From NCBI GenBank assembly GCA_034408725.1, contig JAWXCN010000250.1:1-11523 (forward strand): a stretch of DNA of 11,523 nt, written 5' to 3'. Each line of letters opens with the position of its first letter. Position 1 is the stretch's first letter. The notes under the pieces were generated by a model. That model did not search any database. It was not told the DNA's origin and saw only the letters and a program-made list of their open reading frames with translations. Of this stretch, positions 6,658 through 11,523 are shown one piece after another. The DNA comes from Candidatus Hydrogenedentota bacterium. GTDB lineage: Bacteria; Hydrogenedentota; Hydrogenedentia; Hydrogenedentales; SLHB01. Made by a program: the position numbers and the translations under genes.

Positions 6658-6841
6658 GCGCCTTGGAGTGCGGCGTGTCAGCGCCACTTTCACTTCGGAT
6701 AGCCGAATGCCTCGATAGAGCAGGCTTCAGAAACACCTGAATGGAAAATAGGGCAATCGCGCTTAACTGCGAAGCGACCTTGCCCATGTAAAGTGAAAGC
6801 GGCAGCTACCCGCTGCCGCAGTCCAAGGCGCAGCGCCTTGG
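6658..6841. repeat. REP-like inverted doublet 2 plus a truncated third unit
   Basis: The left unit begins GCGCCTTGGAGTGCGGC, identical over 17 bp to 4999-5015, but has a degenerate stem. Right unit AAGTGAAA-GCGGCAGC-TACCC-GCTGCCGC-AGTCCAAGGCGC (6791-6831). It is followed by AGCGCCTTGG, forming the palindrome CCAAGGCGC-A-GCGCCTTGG (6823-6841). Confidence 0.85.
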
Positions 6842-6857
6842 TTCAAGCGCGATTGCC
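6752..6857. repeat. 13-bp perfect inverted repeat GGCAATCGCGCTT / AAGCGCGATTGCC enclosing the right REP unit
   Basis: Arms at 6752-6764 and 6845-6857. They extend by AAC/GTT across a one-base bulge. Confidence 0.7.
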
Positions 6858-6908
6858 ATGCACAGCAGAGGTTCCCTTTGTTACACGGGGTCGGGTAAAG
6901 TGCGCCAC

Positions 6909-7781
6909 ATGAACCTCGTCGTCCTTTCACGAGATCCCAAACTCTATTCAACCCGGCGGCTTGCTGTTGCGGCGCAGCGCCGGGGACACGCCGTGCGCGT
7001 TATCGATCCCCTGCGCTGCTATATGAATATCGCGTCGGACCAACCCTCGATTCATTATCGCGGGCGCGTTCTGGCAAAGCCAAATGTGATCATTCCCAGG
7101 ATCGCGCCAGCGAATACCTTCTACGGCACGGCGGTCGTGCGCCAGTTCGAGATCATGGACGTCCGGTCACTAAACAGCGCGGCGGCGATCACCGGTTCGC
7201 GCGACAAACTGCACAGCCTGCAACTGCTCGCGCGCCATGGCATCGGCATGCCGATGACAGGATTCGCCCACTCACCGGATGATACGGACGACGTAATCAG
7301 TCTCGTCGGAGGCGAACCAATCGTCGTGAAATTGATCCAGGGCACGCAGGGGAAGGGCGTGGTGCTTGCAGAGACGCACAACGCCGCGGAAAGCGTAATC
7401 GACGCGTTTCGCGGGCTGGATGCGCAATTTCTCGTGCAGGAGTTCATCGCGGAGTCGCGCGGCGTTGATGTGCGCTGCATTGTCCTCGGTGGAAAAGTCA
7501 TTGCCGCGATGTTGCGCCGCGCGGGCGACGGCGAGTTCCGCGCCAACCTTCATCGCGGTGGCAAACCGGAACCCGTGACGATCACAGACGACGAACGGAA
7601 CATTGCATGCCACGCGGCGGGCGTGCTCGGTCTCGATTTCGCGGGCGTTGATATTTTGCGCGCGAGCCGGGGGCCGGTCGTGCTCGAAGTGAATTCGTCG
7701 CCAGGCCTCGAAGGCATCGAATCCGTCACCGGCATCGATATCGCGGGGATGGTTATCGAACACTTGGAGAGCGAGTCTTAA
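6909..7781 (+). CDS. rimK: Ribosomal protein S6--L-glutamate ligase RimK (ATP-grasp, 290 aa)
   Basis: [27 protein letters not shown]...[60 protein letters not shown] and [12 protein letters not shown]. The start is placed at ATG 6909 to match the family N-terminus. Confidence 0.95.
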   Translation: MNLVVLSRDPKLYSTRRLAVAAQRRGHAVRVIDPLRCYMNIASDQPSIHYRGRVLAKPNVIIPRIAPANTFYGTAVVRQFEIMDVRSLNSAAAITGSRDKLHSLQLLARHGIGMPMTGFAHSPDDTDDVISLVGGEPIVVKLIQGTQGKGVVLAETHNAAESVIDAFRGLDAQFLVQEFIAESRGVDVRCIVLGGKVIAAMLRRAGDGEFRANLHRGGKPEPVTITDDERNIACHAAGVLGLDFAGVDILRASRGPVVLEVNSSPGLEGIESVTGIDIAGMVIEHLESES

Positions 7782-7787
7782 TCGCGC

Positions 7788-9185
7788 CTATTTTTTCGGT
7801 CTCAACACGTGAACGCCATACGGTTCGATCGTGAATTCAAGAGCGCCCTTCTCCACTGATTTTGCATCGCCCGAAACCGATTCCGAATACGAAACGCCGT
7901 CGAGGGATTCCAAACCGCGAAGGGTATACGTGAGCGGATCGAGATACTCATTGACCACAATGAACCAGACGCCGTCGTCCGCATTCTTCGCCAATACACG
8001 GATGCCGCGGTCGATCGAACCCCAGGTTTCGTCATACGACACAGTGAGTTTCAAATCCGAATCAGGCGCCGACAACACCGGACTGAGATCAGCGAGCTCT
8101 CGTACGACGGTCAAAAGGCCAGGCCAGAATTTTTCCTTGTCCGTATATGCTGTGCCCCAATAGAGGATGCCGCGCGCTCCGTTGACGATGGCGTCATAGG
8201 CCATGAATCGCGTTTCATTCTCACGCGGATGACGTTGCTTTGCGGCTTCGGCGCTGTCCTTCATTTCTTGCAGTTCTGCCCAGGAGAATCCCTGCAACAC
8301 CATCCAGACCGGTTTGCCCGGCGCGGCATCCTGCATGGTGCGGGTGTACGCGCCGACACTCGTAAGCCCGCGATCCAAGAGATCCGAATGGCCACCGATA
8401 TGCGGCGGCACGGGATAAATGTCGCAGCCAACGATATCGGCGGCGTTGTTGAATGCGGCGCGTTGCGCGACAGAATTGCGCGGCGCATGGTTCATCCAGA
8501 CGGGATGCTTCGGCGTAGCCGATTTCAGATGATTGAATCCTTCGAGAAAACCGGCGGCCATTTTCGCGGCGCGTTCCGGCGCATCCAGTATGCTGTTATT
8601 TGGTTGTGGAGACTCTTTGCCCAGTTTCCGCCAGATTTCGTCCGCGGTTTGTTCGGCTTCCTTGAACTCTCCGATCCCCCAGAGACGAGACGCATTTTCT
8701 CGCATGGCGCGCAACGCGTCCGCAAGCGTTTTGTCTTCCAGCGCGCCAATCAATTCGTTCTGCAACTTGACTTCGTCCCGGTTGCGCCAGAGTTGCGTGC
8801 CATACCACACGTTCCAAAGCGCTTCGTCGGGCACTTCCCAGACGAGCATGGCGGGGTGGCCGACGAAATCACCTGCCAGTTTCGACAACGCAGTCTTTCG
8901 CGCGCCGGCGTCAACGCTGAAATCAATGTCGTAGCCGGTGTTAATCCATGCGTATACGCCGCGATTGTGAAGACGATCCAATTGTGCCGCGTCTGGGGCA
9001 GACTGGATCAAGTTAAAACCTGCGCGCGCGGCCTCGTCGAGGACGCTGTCCTCCGTTGGATTCTCGTAAAGCCCGAGCACAAATGCGCGCTGGCCATTGA
9101 CGACGAGCATGCGGTCTGGATCAATGGACACTTCATTGGCCGCTAAAGCAGTGAGCGGCAGCAGTAACCCGATCAGACTTTTCAC
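7788..9185 (-). CDS. Secreted glycoside-hydrolase-like TIM-barrel protein with C-terminal beta-sandwich (465 aa), family unassigned
   Basis: GTG start with RBS AAGGAG overlapping the upstream stop. Signal peptide MKSLIGLLLPLTALAA. Barrel-like motifs LVVNGQRAFVLGLY, AGFNLI, HPAMLVWEVPDE, ADIVGCDIYP, KPVWMVLQGF and AIVNGARGILYW. Terminal FTIEPYGVHVL strand. Confidence 0.75.
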   Translation of the reverse strand: MKSLIGLLLPLTALAANEVSIDPDRMLVVNGQRAFVLGLYENPTEDSVLDEAARAGFNLIQSAPDAAQLDRLHNRGVYAWINTGYDIDFSVDAGARKTALSKLAGDFVGHPAMLVWEVPDEALWNVWYGTQLWRNRDEVKLQNELIGALEDKTLADALRAMRENASRLWGIGEFKEAEQTADEIWRKLGKESPQPNNSILDAPERAAKMAAGFLEGFNHLKSATPKHPVWMNHAPRNSVAQRAAFNNAADIVGCDIYPVPPHIGGHSDLLDRGLTSVGAYTRTMQDAAPGKPVWMVLQGFSWAELQEMKDSAEAAKQRHPRENETRFMAYDAIVNGARGILYWGTAYTDKEKFWPGLLTVVRELADLSPVLSAPDSDLKLTVSYDETWGSIDRGIRVLAKNADDGVWFIVVNEYLDPLTYTLRGLESLDGVSYSESVSGDAKSVEKGALEFTIEPYGVHVLRPKK

Positions 9186-9196
9186 GAAACTTCTCC

Positions 9197-11356
9197 TTAG
9201 CGCGCTCGTAGCCCGGCGGCCCAGCGTTCGTATTCCGTTAGAATGTTTTCACGCGTTGTAAAAGGAATGTACAGCATTCGCGCGCGGTAAGTGTAGGTCA
9301 TTCCAGGTTTCGGGTCGCGAATCACATACTGCCAGTCCCATGCGGGCGAGTGCGGATCGAATTCTCCAGAAGTGTTTTTGATGAAATTCCATAATGCGAA
9401 CCGGATAGGTTCTTTCTGATCGAACATCATGACATAGGCCATCGTGTCTTCCGTTGTAATCGAATCTCCGTCGCCATCAACCAGACCATAGTAAAACGGT
9501 TTCAAAAACTTTTTCGACTTGCTCTCGATTACGTTCAACGTCTTTGCGCCGTCCTCGAAGGGAAGATCGGACACGCCCTGGAATGCGATTGTGCCAGTTT
9601 CAAAGCCGGGCGCAGCGTCTGTGTCGCCGCCGAAGGATACCCAACCCTCCTGGCCGTTTTCCGTGCCGTAAAAATGGATTCGGCGGTCGCGCGTGTGGTT
9701 CATGTAACTTGCCCACATGAATGCGCAATACCCAAGCGGAAACTGATCGCGCGTGGGTTTGGCGAGAAACTCCATGTCTATGGCGTCGCCATCGAGCGTA
9801 TATCGCATTTCGCTTTCGATTCCCCACGATGACGTGTCCACCGGGTGACGCATCACGGCGGTGCGTGGGTCTATCGAAGCCACGCTGTGCGCGTCATTGT
9901 TCGGCGAGAACATCGAGATTGCCGCGTCCCTTGCCGTGCCATTGAAAATATGCTCGAAGTACAGTCCGGTCGCATCGTCGCGAAAGAGGTTTTCTCCGCG
10001 AAACGCGACGTGTTGCAGCGGATTGAATCCGTTGCCGGATCGCCCTTTGTTCGCGACAAAGTCGAGCAACGCACCGCGAAAATTTCCACCGGTGATGTCG
10101 ATGCTGTGAGTGCCTTCGGAAACGGCCTTTATGCGGTGGTTCGCGAGCTGGATCGCCTTGAGCAGGTATCTCCGGTTATTTTCGCTGGTGATGTTTGCGA
10201 AAGACTCTTGCGCAGGCAGGTCGTAAACCCAGGCGGCGGCAAGCGGCACGTGGTTGCGCTCAAGAGCAGTTATCATTTCGAGGTTCGATCGATGCGCATC
10301 ATCGCGCTTGACTCCTTCGGTGTCATCAATGGCACCCCATTCACCAACGAACAATGGCTTGCCGGTTTCACGCGAGACTTCCTTGCATAGGGCAAGAATT
10401 TCGTCGTAAGAAGTTTTAGGTTGTCCGAACCTGCCAGTTGCGTCCGGCGGATAGACGTGAACCGAGATCAGCGTGTGCGGATCGGGGTTGAACGCGGCGA
10501 GCTGTGACTTGAACTGATCGCGCGCGTCGGACCCCCAGGTGAGCGATTGGCGCTGGTGATGAGAGGTTGCGCGCGGCAGGCTGTTACCCGTCGTAATCAA
10601 ACGATCCGGATCGATTGCGCGCACCGCCTCGCCGAATTCGCGGAATGCGATGGTCACCATATCGAATCGGAGGTCATCGCGTTCACTTCGCGTGGCGGGC
10701 GCGCCTTTTGCAACTACAGTGGCCGGACGATGGCTGGCGGCGTTGGGCAGGTCCACCGCGAGGTCAAACTCGTTGCCAAATTCCCACGCCCAGATTGCGG
10801 GCGAGTCCACATACCGGGAGACGACATCTTGCGTGTAGGCGCGCATCAGCGCGATGGTTTTGCTATCAGGATTGCCCCATTGATCGCGCGGTTCACCCGC
10901 CAGATCCGGAATACAGGCGTTGTTCCAGAAGAGGCTGGGTATTAAACCTATTCCGTTTTCCTCGGCGGCGCGGACGACCCCGTCCATGCGCGCGAAATAC
11001 CCTTCCTTTTCTTCGATGTAAAGCTTCATGGTGTCAGGCCAATACCCGCAGGCGGCGAACCGCACAAACGGCACATCAAACGATTTTAATTCCGAAAACC
11101 CGGCGCGGTAACTCAGGTCATTCGGATCGGCGAGTGTGCGCATGAATGCGCTGTAAAAATTTACGCCTATTGCCCGGAGGGGCTTGCCATCTTTTAGGAT
11201 GGAACTGTTTTCGCCGGTTGTGATCGGTGCGGTCGCGTGGGCTGTTGCGCATGATGCGATGAGTGCGATGGTGAGAATTGTTTGGAGTGGGTGGTGGGGG
11301 GCGGGGACAGTCCCCTCGTTGACAGTCCCCTTGTTGCCGGCGTATCTGTTAAGCAT
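9197..11356 (-). CDS. Secreted GH5-like (clan GH-A) glycoside hydrolase fused to an approximately 300-aa beta-rich C-terminal domain (719 aa)
   Basis: Signal-like segment ILTIALIASCATAHA. Motifs AIGVNFY, FVRF, RYVDSPAIWAWEFGNE (acid/base E196), ISVHVYP and KPLFVGEWG (nucleophile E339). The second domain contains GLYFEHIFNG, FMWASYMN and SPAWDWQY. Confidence 0.85.
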   Translation of the reverse strand: MLNRYAGNKGTVNEGTVPAPHHPLQTILTIALIASCATAHATAPITTGENSSILKDGKPLRAIGVNFYSAFMRTLADPNDLSYRAGFSELKSFDVPFVRFAACGYWPDTMKLYIEEKEGYFARMDGVVRAAEENGIGLIPSLFWNNACIPDLAGEPRDQWGNPDSKTIALMRAYTQDVVSRYVDSPAIWAWEFGNEFDLAVDLPNAASHRPATVVAKGAPATRSERDDLRFDMVTIAFREFGEAVRAIDPDRLITTGNSLPRATSHHQRQSLTWGSDARDQFKSQLAAFNPDPHTLISVHVYPPDATGRFGQPKTSYDEILALCKEVSRETGKPLFVGEWGAIDDTEGVKRDDAHRSNLEMITALERNHVPLAAAWVYDLPAQESFANITSENNRRYLLKAIQLANHRIKAVSEGTHSIDITGGNFRGALLDFVANKGRSGNGFNPLQHVAFRGENLFRDDATGLYFEHIFNGTARDAAISMFSPNNDAHSVASIDPRTAVMRHPVDTSSWGIESEMRYTLDGDAIDMEFLAKPTRDQFPLGYCAFMWASYMNHTRDRRIHFYGTENGQEGWVSFGGDTDAAPGFETGTIAFQGVSDLPFEDGAKTLNVIESKSKKFLKPFYYGLVDGDGDSITTEDTMAYVMMFDQKEPIRFALWNFIKNTSGEFDPHSPAWDWQYVIRDPKPGMTYTYRARMLYIPFTTRENILTEYERWAAGLRAR
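11303..11331. repeat. GGGGAC-A-GTCCCC palindrome with a tandem partial duplicate (GACAGTCCCCT x2)
   Basis: Palindrome at 11303-11315. The 11-bp direct repeat lies at 11306-11316 and 11321-11331 (15-bp period) and encodes KGTVNEGTVP in the GH5 N-terminus. Confidence 0.65.
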
Positions 11357-11359
11357 GAA

Positions 11360-11412
11360 TTGTCAGATTCTTTTGGGCTGTGTTACGATATTTGCGGCAC
11401 TGGTGTATACAA
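11360..11412. promoter_or_regulatory. Putative bidirectional sigma70-type promoter
   Basis: Plus strand: TTGTCA (11360-11365), N18, TACGAT (11384-11389), with extended-10 TG at 11381-11382. Minus strand: TTGTAT (11412-11407), N16, TATCGT (11390-11385). Confidence 0.5.
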
Positions 11413-11429
11413 GATATGGAGTTTACCTT

Positions 11430-11523
11430 ATGAGGCGCAACATGGTCTTGTTGTTTGCGCTACTATTCATGGCCCCGCTTGCACCCGCGCAAGGTCTCGT
11501 TGGCGATCTGCTCGCTGGCAAAC
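11430..11523 (+). CDS. N-terminus of a secreted protein of unknown function (truncated by window edge)
   Basis: ATG 11430 with GGAG at 11418-11421. MRRNMVLLFALLFMAPLAPA-QGLVGDLLAGK has a classical Sec signal peptide layout (basic n-region, hydrophobic core, A-x-A). Confidence 0.75.
   Translation, partial: MRRNMVLLFALLFMAPLAPAQGLVGDLLAGK

Noticed and set aside
6595..6908. N-terminal extensions of the SDR (from 6693) and RimK (from 6858), and the small ORF 6763..6951
   Set aside because: They run through repeat or leader DNA. Family N-termini begin at 6594 and 6909.
8229..9146. 305-aa plus-strand ORF, and similar ORFs at 9845..10390 and 10615..11145
   Set aside because: They are antisense to the well-supported glycosidase genes. 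Long shadow ORFs are expected in GC-rich DNA and these have no motifs.
1..11523. A single integrated system (defence island or biosynthetic cluster linking RimK, SDR and acyltransferase)
   Set aside because: The genes alternate in orientation and are not co-operonic. I see no precursor peptide, carrier protein, nuclease, integrase or transposase.

Overview
GC-rich bacterial chromosomal window with nine protein genes in alternating orientation plus the start of a tenth. It begins with a membrane-anchored 3xPAS hybrid histidine kinase (minus strand, start 2524, running off the left edge). The ORF track misses this gene, so I translated it by hand. Next come a metallophosphoesterase-hisB pair, a coiled-coil hypothetical protein, a PlsC-like acyltransferase, an SDR, rimK, two secreted glycoside-hydrolase-like proteins and the first 31 codons of another secreted protein. 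I found no rRNA, tRNA, CRISPR array, transposase or integrase. The non-coding DNA is the richest part: two doublets of one REP-like palindrome family bracket the acyltransferase+SDR pair, with further hairpin repeats, a 9-9-9 operator-like palindrome and a possible bidirectional promoter. I cannot demonstrate a new biological system. The best candidates are (i) the metallophosphoesterase coupled to a monofunctional hisB as a possible non-canonical histidinol-phosphatase, (ii) a REP-bounded two-gene cassette, and (iii) a GH5 fusion paired with a DE-dyad glycosidase that lacks an evident nucleophile.
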